Shown: positions 8,868-18,308 of the stretch, piece by piece | Layout: every line of letters starts with the position of its first letter | How positions within the stretch are numbered: the stretch's first letter is position 1 | Program-made: the position numbers and the translations under genes | The notes under the pieces: generated by a model | Told to the model about the DNA's origin: nothing | Seen by the model: only the letters and a program-made list of their open reading frames with translations | Database searches by the model: none | Source of the DNA: a virus | Length of the DNA stretch: 64,000 nt | Direction: 5' to 3' (one strand) | IMG/VR virus record: IMGVR_UViG_3300010401_000033 | Coordinates: 1 to 64,000 of that record

Positions 8868-11269
8868 TATTTCTTCTCTCTGAACTGCTTAAGGGTTTTC
8901 TTTGGACCAGACGTTGCCACTCCACCATTATTTTTATCTTGGTTCTCTGCTGGTCCTCCACCGAGGATCGGACCACCATCACCACCTAAGTCTTGCGTCG
9001 GCTCGCCTTCTTGGAGGACTTCTTTTTCTTCTTGGGCTCCTCCACTGACAACACTATTTCGTCCATGTATGCGTCCCATGAATCCTTTGAAACTGTCTTT
9101 TTCTTTCGGGGCGTCTTGGCTTTCTTGGGAGAGGTCACGGAAGCGATAGCCTCTTCCTGGCACAACGGACATTCCATCTCCGAATCTTCGTACTGCATTT
9201 CGGAAGTCATTGGTGACGTGTTGTACAGGTACAACCAATCCTTGAGACTCTCCCACCACAACACGACTCTCCATGTAATCTCCCAGTCCCAAATACTCAT
9301 GATCGTCCTCCGTGAATAATTGTTCAAACTCTTCGTTGATTTTCTTTGGCTTCTCTGTCTTATCAACTGGTGGCTTAAGTGCTTTCTGCTTCTCAATCAA
9401 ACGATCATGCAAGGCAAAATGCGTAACTCTACCATTCTTCCCATAACGACCTTGACCCATCCAGGTCAATCCTAACTTGTCGGCTTCTTCTTTCGCCTTG
9501 GACTCGGAAGGTGGTGCCGTAAGTTTTGACTGCTGCTGCTTGTTGCCCGGTGGCATCTTGGCTAACTTGCTGACATTCTTATAAATCCACTGCTGCGCTT
9601 GCTCAGACTTCGGAGGCTGTTGCGAGAACTTTTTGATCGTCTTATGTAGATCGTCTAACTCGGAAGTCTTTTGCCCAGCAACTTCGGCATCCGAGTTGTG
9701 GCGCAAATCTTCATCATTATTGAATTCATGATAGTGCTCTCCACCAAATTCTTTGGCTAACTTGACGCGAGCATCCTGTGCCTGTCTCCACTTTTCTGCA
9801 CGAACTTTCTCAGGAATCATGCGGCCGCCCTTTTGACCACGTTCCACATTGCGATTACGTGAAACGTTATCCGAGGCGTCCACAAACACCATCTTGGTAT
9901 CATATCCGAGGTCGGTCAGTTTATCCTTGATTTTCTTAATGTGTGCGTGATTGGCTGCCGTACTGTTGATAATTAACCCATTACGACCGTGAATCGCAAG
10001 TCGTTGGCGCAATTCCTGCATTGTCTTGGACTTGGCACGATGCACATTGCGGCGTTCCTGTTCGGACTCCGACATCTTCTTGTCCAACTTTTCCTTGTCC
10101 TCAAGGTGCTGGAGCGCCTGATCGGAATTGATCTCCGTCATGCCATGGCCATCCAAGGCTTTCTTCAACACGATATCCTTACCGGACCCAGGAGCCCCTG
10201 CGAGGAACACGGCTTTGAAGATACCATGATCGTGAACGGCTTCTGTTAAGATTTCTACTTCTTCGTGCAAGTGTCCCATACCCTTTCGTACATCATGGTA
10301 CAATTCCTTCGCATGTTCATGAGAGACATGGCTCGGCACACCCTTATGAAATTCATGAAAGTGTCCCTTACCGGCATGTTCGCGCATTTTGCTGGCTGAC
10401 ATCCCCTCTGTGCCCTTAGCGTGTGGATCACGGGCCCCGGCAGAATGCACAGTAATGGACTTAAATTTATACCCATGACCCTCTTTATCAAAGTGTCCAT
10501 TATATTTATGAAGATGTTCAGAGAATTCTTTTGTGCGGTCCGCACCAGCAATGACGTGCAGGTGTTTGACGCCTGCTCTGTGCAACTCAGCGGCATGGTG
10601 AAAAATCGTGGGATGGGACTTGGAAGCGGTCTTGATATTGGTATGTGGGAAGTATCGCTTCGCGTGTTTGACCTTCTGTTCGGCAGTCAGTGGGTTCTTC
10701 TTGGCATCCTGGGAATGTGAGAGCACGACAAGGTGGTGCGCGTTGTGCTTCTTGGCAACTTCATGAACCTTATCCACCAGTTTGGCATGTCCTGTGGTGG
10801 GAGGATTCATGCGCCCATAGGCAAGGACCGCATGTTTTTCAGAGGCTTCGGTGAGCGCACGGAACGACTCCATTGCTGTGCGGGTGAATGCCTTTGGATA
10901 CTCCTTGGTCGCCGCAATCAAGTCAAGCACCTTGGCATGAATGACGTAGGCAGGAATGGTGTCCTGATTGTCCATATTCAGGAGTGCAAGCCAGCGGTGG
11001 TGCCCATCCAGGATGTAATGATCGCCCGAGACGATCACAGGGCGACGTAGCCATTCCCTGTCCTTGGTCATCAGGGCTTTAATTTTCTCATGATTGAAGT
11101 CACCCTGGGATGGATAGAGGGCGGACACGGGCATGTCAGTGAAGGTTGAGGAGATATTCTTATTGGTTTTCAGCCAATTGAGGTAATCGGGAAGGTCGTC
11201 GGACGCGACTTGTGGCAACTCGGTGCGAGCAATGTTGAGCCCATGCTGGGGTACAAACAGCGAATCCAT
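8867..11269 (-). CDS. Multidomain protein: ParB/Srx-like + cytidylyltransferase-like + zeta-toxin-like P-loop kinase
   Basis: ILDGHHRW (ParB-like); YGRMNPPTTGH...MSASKMR (HxGH-type nucleotidyltransferase); AVFLAGAPGSGKD (P-loop). Confidence 0.85.
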   Translation of the reverse strand: MDSLFVPQHGLNIARTELPQVASDDLPDYLNWLKTNKNISSTFTDMPVSALYPSQGDFNHEKIKALMTKDREWLRRPVIVSGDHYILDGHHRWLALLNMDNQDTIPAYVIHAKVLDLIAATKEYPKAFTRTAMESFRALTEASEKHAVLAYGRMNPPTTGHAKLVDKVHEVAKKHNAHHLVVLSHSQDAKKNPLTAEQKVKHAKRYFPHTNIKTASKSHPTIFHHAAELHRAGVKHLHVIAGADRTKEFSEHLHKYNGHFDKEGHGYKFKSITVHSAGARDPHAKGTEGMSASKMREHAGKGHFHEFHKGVPSHVSHEHAKELYHDVRKGMGHLHEEVEILTEAVHDHGIFKAVFLAGAPGSGKDIVLKKALDGHGMTEINSDQALQHLEDKEKLDKKMSESEQERRNVHRAKSKTMQELRQRLAIHGRNGLIINSTAANHAHIKKIKDKLTDLGYDTKMVFVDASDNVSRNRNVERGQKGGRMIPEKVRAEKWRQAQDARVKLAKEFGGEHYHEFNNDEDLRHNSDAEVAGQKTSELDDLHKTIKKFSQQPPKSEQAQQWIYKNVSKLAKMPPGNKQQQSKLTAPPSESKAKEEADKLGLTWMGQGRYGKNGRVTHFALHDRLIEKQKALKPPVDKTEKPKKINEEFEQLFTEDDHEYLGLGDYMESRVVVGESQGLVVPVQHVTNDFRNAVRRFGDGMSVVPGRGYRFRDLSQESQDAPKEKDSFKGFMGRIHGRNSVVSGGAQEEKEVLQEGEPTQDLGGDGGPILGGGPAENQDKNNGGVATSGPKKTLKQFREKK
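8986..9300 (-). CDS. Candidate overprinted gene in an alternative frame (104 aa)
   Basis: GGAGG at 9307-9311, 6 nt before ATG 9300; Trp-rich N-terminus, CPLC, basic tail; nested inside 8867-11269. Confidence 0.4.
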   Translation of the reverse strand: MSIWDWEITWRVVLWWESLKDWLYLYNTSPMTSEMQYEDSEMECPLCQEEAIASVTSPKKAKTPRKKKTVSKDSWDAYMDEIVLSVEEPKKKKKSSKKASRRKT

Positions 11270-11305
11270 GCAACTCTCCCTCTACAGGACATAAGCGTAT
11301 GTTCT

Positions 11306-11313
11306 TATTTATG
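11306..11313 (-). promoter_or_regulatory. T4-type late promoter
   Basis: CATAAATA upstream of the 800-aa multidomain gene. Confidence 0.5.
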
Positions 11314-11991
11314 TTACGCGGGTTTCTGTACTCGTACCCAAATCCACTGTGGGTGGCAATCGTGGCATGGGTCTGTTATTACATGGTCAAATCCGATGAA
11401 CCCCTGATCCTCAAGGTCTTTCTTGAGTGCATCAACATCCTCCACTCTCGTATCGCGGTGCTCTGTGTCCGTGTCATCATAGTTGTGGAAGTAATCAACT
11501 GACTTCACATGACCCGGCCCAAACCCCATCTGGAAGGTGAGGAATCCACTGGGGCGAAGAATACGGAAGAATTCTTGATATAATTCCAAACGCCAGGCGC
11601 GGCAACCAATGTGCTGCATACAAATGATGGAGAAAATCACATCGTAGGAGGTGGGATTGATATAGGACAATGAGTGTCCATTTGTGTGATAGAGATTGGG
11701 AACAGGTACCCCGGCTTCTGCTAAATTGACATGCACCTTCTCAAGAATTTCCATTGAGATATCTGCGCCATCAATCTGAGCAAACAACTCCTTGAACTTG
11801 ATAATGTTACGACCTGGGCCGCAGCCATACTCAAGAGCATGACCACCTCGTGGGACTCCTCTGAACAAGAGACCCTCCTCATTCGGGTCCGCATTGTGTT
11901 CAGCGTACCAGCCAACAAGAGGATTCTTGTTACCCAGGGACCAACGACTGGCCTCACCTGCCCAAAAATCCTTCAACATTTGATCTGCCAT
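11314..11991 (-). CDS. Class I SAM-dependent methyltransferase
   Basis: LEYGCGPGR motif I, DGADIS, ILRPSG; start at MADQML after AGGAG. Confidence 0.88.
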   Translation of the reverse strand: MADQMLKDFWAGEASRWSLGNKNPLVGWYAEHNADPNEEGLLFRGVPRGGHALEYGCGPGRNIIKFKELFAQIDGADISMEILEKVHVNLAEAGVPVPNLYHTNGHSLSYINPTSYDVIFSIICMQHIGCRAWRLELYQEFFRILRPSGFLTFQMGFGPGHVKSVDYFHNYDDTDTEHRDTRVEDVDALKKDLEDQGFIGFDHVITDPCHDCHPQWIWVRVQKPA

Positions 11992-11999
11992 GATTGCTC

Positions 12000-13547
12000 C
12001 TATACTGGCTTCTGGCAACGAATCCAAATCCACTGAGGATGTTCGTCCTTACAGGTTCGTGTAAGTTGGTGATCCAACCAAGTGAATCCACTATTCACAA
12101 GGTCTGCCTTGATAATCTCCACATTCTCTACGCGCACGTCTTTGTTGACGTACTCGGATTCAGACGCGAAGGTTTCGGCAAAGTAATCCACAGAGCGCGG
12201 GTGTCCAGAACCAAACCCTGTCTGGAAGCACAGATATCCACCCGGCTTCAAGACGCGAAGGAATTCCTTATAAAGATGCAGGCGCACAGCACGATTGGTG
12301 ATATGCTGGTGACTAATCACCATGAATACGATATCGTAACCCGCCCATTCGCCATCGGCTGGAGGCACACTATTGGAGGCGGAATCAATCATCTCCAATG
12401 AACGTCCATCGTTTGACCACAAATTCGGTGCAGCAATGCGAGCATCCGCCAGGTTGATCTTGGCTTTCTCAATGCAGATAGGGGAAATATCCACTCCATC
12501 AATGCGGCCGAAGCGTTTGTTCCAACGGATGATATTGCGAGCAGGACCGCAACCATACTCCAAAACAATCTCATTCCCTGTGATCGGAATATCACGGAAG
12601 AGAACGGTATCGTATTCAGGGAAGTTCTCATGTTCGTTGTACCATCCCACGATAGGATTCTTATTCTGTAAACTCCAAGTCTTGGCAATGTCGCCCCAAA
12701 AGGATTGCTGCCGTTTCAGGAATGAACCTTCTCCAACATCTGTCACACTCATAGTGCTCTCTCCTTTGAGGTATTTTTCAGTGAACCACGGGTACCAATC
12801 GATTTCTGCAAGGATTGAGCCATTCGGGAGATCATTTCGGTTGATTGGCTTCGTGCCGTTCAACATGTGCCCCCACTTTGCCGTATAGAGTGCTTGTGAG
12901 TGTTCCAAAACACGATTGCCTGCAACCTTGGACTCAAGTTCCTGGTGCTGATTCACATATGTAGGATCAATAGATTTTGCGCCAATGTGGGTGGGGATGA
13001 TATGCTCCAATCCGATTGGATTATGGGAGAACCCCCAGTCATGCGATTCAGAAATGGAGAGGCGCGAACGATCATACTGCTGCCACACACGCTTGAGCCA
13101 ATCCGCGTCACCACAATAACAACCCAGGTAGCGTTCATCAAACCATCCCACTTGCTGCAAGACTTTCTTCTTGAGGTAGAAGAACTGGTCGCCAGCAGGG
13201 GCCCACATCAAATCGTAGCGTTCCCTATTACCTTCAATGAGGTTGCGTAGGGCTTGGGGTTCCGTAATTAGCGTATCATCCTGCACACAAATCAACTCAT
13301 CGGCATTCTTGAATGCTTTAAGGAAAATGTTATTCCAGGATCGCGCACAGTAGGATGTGGCTTCTTCATCAGAGAGGGTGTTGTTGAGAATTTGAATCTT
13401 TCCTTCGTTGAGAAGTTTCATATTCTTATCCGACATACCCACTTCTGGGTGGTTCGTGTAGATATGTATGTTTGTCCAAAAACTGAATGCGTCAATGCAG
13501 CGGTTAAGTGCCTGAGGTCTGTTGAATGTCAAAATCCATGTATTCAT
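12000..13547 (-). CDS. GT2-like glycosyltransferase fused to SAM methyltransferase
   Basis: N-terminal ILTFNRP, QDD, GWFDERY..YCGDAD; C-terminal LEYGCGPAR, VLKPGG. Confidence 0.85.
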   Translation of the reverse strand: MNTWILTFNRPQALNRCIDAFSFWTNIHIYTNHPEVGMSDKNMKLLNEGKIQILNNTLSDEEATSYCARSWNNIFLKAFKNADELICVQDDTLITEPQALRNLIEGNRERYDLMWAPAGDQFFYLKKKVLQQVGWFDERYLGCYCGDADWLKRVWQQYDRSRLSISESHDWGFSHNPIGLEHIIPTHIGAKSIDPTYVNQHQELESKVAGNRVLEHSQALYTAKWGHMLNGTKPINRNDLPNGSILAEIDWYPWFTEKYLKGESTMSVTDVGEGSFLKRQQSFWGDIAKTWSLQNKNPIVGWYNEHENFPEYDTVLFRDIPITGNEIVLEYGCGPARNIIRWNKRFGRIDGVDISPICIEKAKINLADARIAAPNLWSNDGRSLEMIDSASNSVPPADGEWAGYDIVFMVISHQHITNRAVRLHLYKEFLRVLKPGGYLCFQTGFGSGHPRSVDYFAETFASESEYVNKDVRVENVEIIKADLVNSGFTWLDHQLTRTCKDEHPQWIWIRCQKPV

Positions 13548-13549
13548 AG

Positions 13550-14086
13550 TTATCTCCAAAATCTCACGTCGGGTAACAATTGAGTGCTAGTGCCTGGATT
13601 GATCTCTGCCTGAAAACCATGTTCGTGTAACCAATTCAAAACAAGGTTATGTTCTTCATAGACACGAATGCGCCCCTTCTCAACATCTTTAATTCTGGTT
13701 CCCAAACTCTCCAAGCAATTTTCTTCATGGAATGGAGCATCAATACGCAGATAGTTGATAGTATCTATGCTGTACAAATCCATAAATGTATCTAGGCGCA
13801 TGGTCCACACCATGCTGTAGCCCATCGGGTTGCCAGGGCGGAAATACGGATTAGCAAGGGTGCTCTTTCCATCTGGATAAAGAAATAACATCTCTTGGTT
13901 GTTTCCAAGGTCCACCGCAAAGGGGAGCATTGTGAGGCGTGAGAGTGTATAGATTTTTGATTTGCCTTGGAGGGGTCGAAAGGCATCATGATTGGGTTCA
14001 AATGCAAAAACCCTGGCCTCCTTATCAGCCAAAAAATTCTCTGTCTCAAATCCCTCATGCGCCCCGACTTCTACGATGGTTTTCAC
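13550..14086 (-). CDS. FkbM-family methyltransferase
   Basis: IVEVGAHEG, VFAFEPN, RLDTF, LRID; GTG start overlaps the upstream stop. Confidence 0.8.
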   Translation of the reverse strand: MKTIVEVGAHEGFETENFLADKEARVFAFEPNHDAFRPLQGKSKIYTLSRLTMLPFAVDLGNNQEMLFLYPDGKSTLANPYFRPGNPMGYSMVWTMRLDTFMDLYSIDTINYLRIDAPFHEENCLESLGTRIKDVEKGRIRVYEEHNLVLNWLHEHGFQAEINPGTSTQLLPDVRFWR

Positions 14087-15453
14087 TGATGATGCTCCAA
14101 GAAATGTTGTAAATCTTCGGGAACTCCAAGCCCCCACATTTTTTCAATGTTCTTCACGCGAATCTTCAACCCACCTTGAATGGCTTCGTTGAACACCGGG
14201 CACACATAAAATTCATTATTGGTGCGGATGTTCTTGTCAATCATCTGCTTGGCAAACGCCACATAATGCTGTCCGTGCTTCCAGTAGTAGACCCCAACAC
14301 TGGCAATGTCAGAGATTGGACGCTTCTCGGCAACCTCTGCCACATATCCATTATCATCCAGGCGAGCATAGGACCACTTCGGATGGACAGACTTGAATGT
14401 AAGGAGTCCACCATCAATACCATCTGCGGTAAACGCATAGAGGCATTCATTGGCGTTCCACTCAATAAATTGATCGGAATTGGCAATGAGGAGAGGATCG
14501 TTGTTATCAATCAAATGCGAGGCAAGCAGGGTCGTGCAAGCCGCCCCTTCGGTCACCCCATCCACCTGGATGATATCACAGCCAGGTGCAATCATATTCA
14601 ACATGTACTTGAGTTGGTATTTCTCAAAGTGTTCCTTCTGTACAATGAATATGTAGTGGGCTTCAATGTTGAGGTTTTCCACTACAACCTGAATCATCGG
14701 TTTGCCGTTCACTTCAATGAGAGGCTTCGGGAAGGTGTAACCTGCCTGAGCAAAGCGCGAGCCATGACCAGCCATTGGAATCAATACGTTCATCTTTTGA
14801 TTGCGCCAAGGGATGGATGGTCTGGTAATCCCTTTGAAGTAATCTGAAATCTGTTCTCCAAGCGCAATCGTAACATCCCCTGGATCGCGCACAGGAATCA
14901 AATGTCCGCCGGAGGCAAGCGCGGCTTCGCGGCCGATATGGGAATCCTCTATAATAACCGTGTGGTGAGCGTCGGTCTTGAGTGCCGTCATACACTTCCA
15001 ATACATTTCAGGGAATGGCTTTGGGTGTCTCACCTCTTCGTTGCTCACAAAGTAGTCCACCTGATCCATCACGCCGAGTTGGAGCAAGGCTTTTACCATC
15101 GTCTTACGAATGCTGTTGGACGCGACGGCAATCTGAATCTGATCCAATTTGAGGAGGGCGAAGATCGTTTGAATAGTTTGGCTCTCTTGGATATTGTCGT
15201 AGAGTTCTTCGGTATATCGTTGCTTGGCTTTCCATACATGATCGTAGAAATCAGCATGGAGTCCCTTCTCTTCGGTTAAAAGGAGAAGTTTCTTCGTGGT
15301 AGGCAAACCATCATACTTTGCCAGGTGTTCATCCCATGAAATGGCGAAACGATGGTTGAGGTCATTCAAGGCTTGATTCAACGCATTGAAGTGCATCACA
15401 CGACTGTCAATTAACACACCATCCAAATCAAAAATCACCAATTTATTTTGCAT
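14083..15453 (-). CDS. HAD phosphatase fused to sugar-phosphate nucleotidyltransferase
   Basis: VIFDLDGVL, KPFPE, IIEDS (HAD); LIPMAGHGSRF...PKPLI, EKRPIS (NTP transferase). Confidence 0.9.
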   Translation of the reverse strand: MQNKLVIFDLDGVLIDSRVMHFNALNQALNDLNHRFAISWDEHLAKYDGLPTTKKLLLLTEEKGLHADFYDHVWKAKQRYTEELYDNIQESQTIQTIFALLKLDQIQIAVASNSIRKTMVKALLQLGVMDQVDYFVSNEEVRHPKPFPEMYWKCMTALKTDAHHTVIIEDSHIGREAALASGGHLIPVRDPGDVTIALGEQISDYFKGITRPSIPWRNQKMNVLIPMAGHGSRFAQAGYTFPKPLIEVNGKPMIQVVVENLNIEAHYIFIVQKEHFEKYQLKYMLNMIAPGCDIIQVDGVTEGAACTTLLASHLIDNNDPLLIANSDQFIEWNANECLYAFTADGIDGGLLTFKSVHPKWSYARLDDNGYVAEVAEKRPISDIASVGVYYWKHGQHYVAFAKQMIDKNIRTNNEFYVCPVFNEAIQGGLKIRVKNIEKMWGLGVPEDLQHFLEHHQ

Positions 15454-16072
15454 CTCTATGTACCTTATTGTGGCGCACGGTGGCTAAAGGGTTACAGACC
15501 ATGACTCCTCGGTGTCGTACACGCAACGACCACTCGACATCCTCGGCAGACCCTGGCTGCATTCGTTCATCAAAGGGATATTGTCTCAGGAAATCTCGCT
15601 TGACTAGGAAATACCCACCGCTGACATACTGGTATTGGGTATTCAACCAGTCACGATAATCCAAGGAATGGTAGCGAGGAAGAGTTGGGTGATCCCAAAT
15701 AACCCAATCAGTGAAGTGTCTCTTGCCTGTGATAAGATATTGTGGGTTCGAGGCGATATCCCAACGACGAACCAACCTATCAAACGCATCCCATCGTTCG
15801 TACCAGTCCTTATCAAAAAGGTAGTAATCATGGATCAAGACGAGGTTCTCATGTCGGGCCACTTTAGCAACCAGATTCTTCTTCACTGGTGTCCATCCGT
15901 GCGTGAGGACTTGTTTGACTGATGGGTTTACCCCGGTCCACGGATTGTTATTGTAGGAACCTGCAACGATGATCTCAACATCAGGGGCATTGAGTGCCTT
16001 AATTGACGCAATCACCTCATTCAACTGAGGAACATTATCGTAGGTTGTCATGATGCCAAATGTGAGGTTCAT
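15443..16072 (-). CDS. GT-A fold glycosyltransferase-like protein
   Basis: LIHDY, YVSGGYFLVK, FDE, EDVEWS. Confidence 0.7.
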   Translation of the reverse strand: MNLTFGIMTTYDNVPQLNEVIASIKALNAPDVEIIVAGSYNNNPWTGVNPSVKQVLTHGWTPVKKNLVAKVARHENLVLIHDYYLFDKDWYERWDAFDRLVRRWDIASNPQYLITGKRHFTDWVIWDHPTLPRYHSLDYRDWLNTQYQYVSGGYFLVKRDFLRQYPFDERMQPGSAEDVEWSLRVRHRGVMVCNPLATVRHNKVHRDAK

Positions 16073-17100
16073 ACGGCTGCCAATACTCGCAAAATATCGC
16101 TCACGGTATGTGAAACGAGGTGTGTGGATATCACGTACTTCTGTGCTTCAAGGAGGTGTGTCCCTGAGGTGCCACGATACAACTTGAGAAATAATTCCAA
16201 TTCCTTTGGGGTCTTATACGTGTGTCCATACTCACGCATAAGTTCGGCACCTGCAATCTCACGCCCCACCCAAGGTGTCATATTCAGCATGGATTCTAAG
16301 AGCACCAATCCAAATCCTTCCGAGTAACTATTCAATATGTAGAGGTCAGCATCCAGGAGTGCGTTAAGCATTTGCTGCCGGTCAGAGAAAAGAAATGGCT
16401 TGATAAACTCAGACTCCTTCGGCATAATATCAAAGCGATTGTCGTATCCTGTCAGGACTAACGTGGCGTCCGTTCTCATGGTATCCTGGAACACTCCAAT
16501 CAATTCATCAAAGGCTTTGTTCGGCCAATAACCACCAGACGAAAGGAACATGTACGGTGTGGTGATCCCGTACTTCTCTCGGAACCCTGGCTTCCCAATA
16601 GACATACGATGATCTATCCCATGACGGACACGTACAGCACGATCCTGAGCATTATAGGATTGCACATGGCGCCAATCTGCCAACGTGGAACATCCAATGT
16701 ACGTGGCACGATGGAGAGCACCCACACATTCCTTAGAGTGTGAGGGCATAATCAACATGTAGAGCACAGGTCCACCGAGTTTGTCTGCGTTGGCGAGGAC
16801 AAAATTCTGGATGCCCACATCCCCACCATGTACCACGATCAAATCCCAATGTTCTCTGAGGATCATGGGCTCCGAGGAAACGATAACTCCATTAAGATTA
16901 CCCATGTGTTCTCCGGCGAATACCGCGACATGGTGGCCGCGGGCCCGGGTCTCTTCTGCCATGTCCCTCACATAATTCTCTGACCCACCTGGATAGGGGG
17001 CATAGCGATGAACCACAAAGAGAATACGGCGAGGACGATGATCGACCTTTGCAGGAACTTTTGACTGTTCTTCTGGTTCAGGTGCGGTGGCTGGGCTCAT
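16069..17100 (-). CDS. GT-B (GT4-like) glycosyltransferase
   Basis: YAPYPGGSE; NSYSEGFGLVLLESM (ExFG-x4-E). Confidence 0.88.
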   Translation of the reverse strand: MSPATAPEPEEQSKVPAKVDHRPRRILFVVHRYAPYPGGSENYVRDMAEETRARGHHVAVFAGEHMGNLNGVIVSSEPMILREHWDLIVVHGGDVGIQNFVLANADKLGGPVLYMLIMPSHSKECVGALHRATYIGCSTLADWRHVQSYNAQDRAVRVRHGIDHRMSIGKPGFREKYGITTPYMFLSSGGYWPNKAFDELIGVFQDTMRTDATLVLTGYDNRFDIMPKESEFIKPFLFSDRQQMLNALLDADLYILNSYSEGFGLVLLESMLNMTPWVGREIAGAELMREYGHTYKTPKELELFLKLYRGTSGTHLLEAQKYVISTHLVSHTVSDILRVLAAV

Positions 17101-17978
17101 GCGTATAACCTTTCAACCGCTTCCCGTACTTCGGGAACACGATCCCATTGGTGAACGATGGTGAATGGAAGTCCGGCTCGGGTCTCAACTAAACCAGTTT
17201 CAACATTAAAACGAGGAGACGGTTCGACAAGGAAGGGGCTGTAGGCAGCGAGTTTGCTTGGGTCCATCATAGTGCCAAGTTGGGCCGCCCATGGGTGAGC
17301 ATGGTCCGACACCTCAGTGATATGATCGTAAACATCCGTGGCAAGGAGCAGGTTCAACGCGGCTTGATCTGGTCCTCCACCACCAGGCACATGTTGTGTG
17401 GTGCCATGAGAGAGGAGATACACAGACTTACTCAAACCGAGGAATGCACCGAAACGTCCAGCAATCACACCACAATTGATAATGGTGTTATTCTTGTGAC
17501 GTTCGTACATGATTGGGCCGAAGGATTGGAGAAGGTTATTGGCGCCCCAGGGTTCATTCTGATAGGCAATACCTTCGGAGGATACAAGAAGGTCCACCGC
17601 ACGGAGGTCCACAGTATCCAAATAGTCTGAGGGGTTGCGCTGAAAAACCACATCACGCATATCAGTAGCGACAATAAAACGAATCTTTTGACGATTCTCT
17701 GGATTGTCCAGCATGATATAGTAGTGAAGGAAACGGTCGACAACAATAGCGAAGTCCTGTTTGGGGTAGGTAACGCGCAAGGCGTGGTCATCCTTGGCAA
17801 ACGCGAGGACGTTGTATCCTCTATTTTGCAACTGCTCAAGAGTCGCATAATCCATGTTGTAGGCAATCACAACCTTGGCACCTGTGAACCCGGAACGATC
17901 CAAGGAGTTCACCCAATGCTTGATCTGTTCCCACTTATAACCTGTGACTGCACCGATCACCATATCCACTTGAGACAT
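17097..17978 (-). CDS. GT-A fold glycosyltransferase-like protein
   Basis: TDMRDVVFQRNP, INCGVIAG, DQAALN, IVHQWDR. Confidence 0.7.
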   Translation of the reverse strand: MSQVDMVIGAVTGYKWEQIKHWVNSLDRSGFTGAKVVIAYNMDYATLEQLQNRGYNVLAFAKDDHALRVTYPKQDFAIVVDRFLHYYIMLDNPENRQKIRFIVATDMRDVVFQRNPSDYLDTVDLRAVDLLVSSEGIAYQNEPWGANNLLQSFGPIMYERHKNNTIINCGVIAGRFGAFLGLSKSVYLLSHGTTQHVPGGGGPDQAALNLLLATDVYDHITEVSDHAHPWAAQLGTMMDPSKLAAYSPFLVEPSPRFNVETGLVETRAGLPFTIVHQWDRVPEVREAVERLYA

Positions 17979-17994
17979 AATCACTCCATAATAA

Positions 17995-18306
17995 TTATAA
18001 CAACCGACGCTTGTATTTAGCCCTCACTAATTGCTTGATAGTCGTGGTGGTCTTTGGTTCATCTTCACTATAGGTCTGAAACGCTGCGGCATCTGTGCCT
18101 GCGTCGGCGCCACCCAAATCTTCTCTGATCTTCTTTCTCTTCTTATTGCGAGGGTCACTTTCCCCAATAGGTCCACCCGCAATACCTTGATCCACAGTAT
18201 CTAGGTTGTTCATCTGGCTGGGGGTGGAATCCTCTCGTAGGTGCCTAGTTTTCTCATTCCATTCATCAATCATGTCTTGTGTTCTATCGCATCCACCTGG
18301 TCCCAT
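17995..18306 (-). CDS. Hypothetical protein
   Basis: ORF directly after the upstream stop; LRE/IRE motifs. Confidence 0.5.
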   Translation of the reverse strand: MGPGGCDRTQDMIDEWNEKTRHLREDSTPSQMNNLDTVDQGIAGGPIGESDPRNKKRKKIREDLGGADAGTDAAAFQTYSEDEPKTTTTIKQLVRAKYKRRLL

Positions 18307-18308
18307 AA

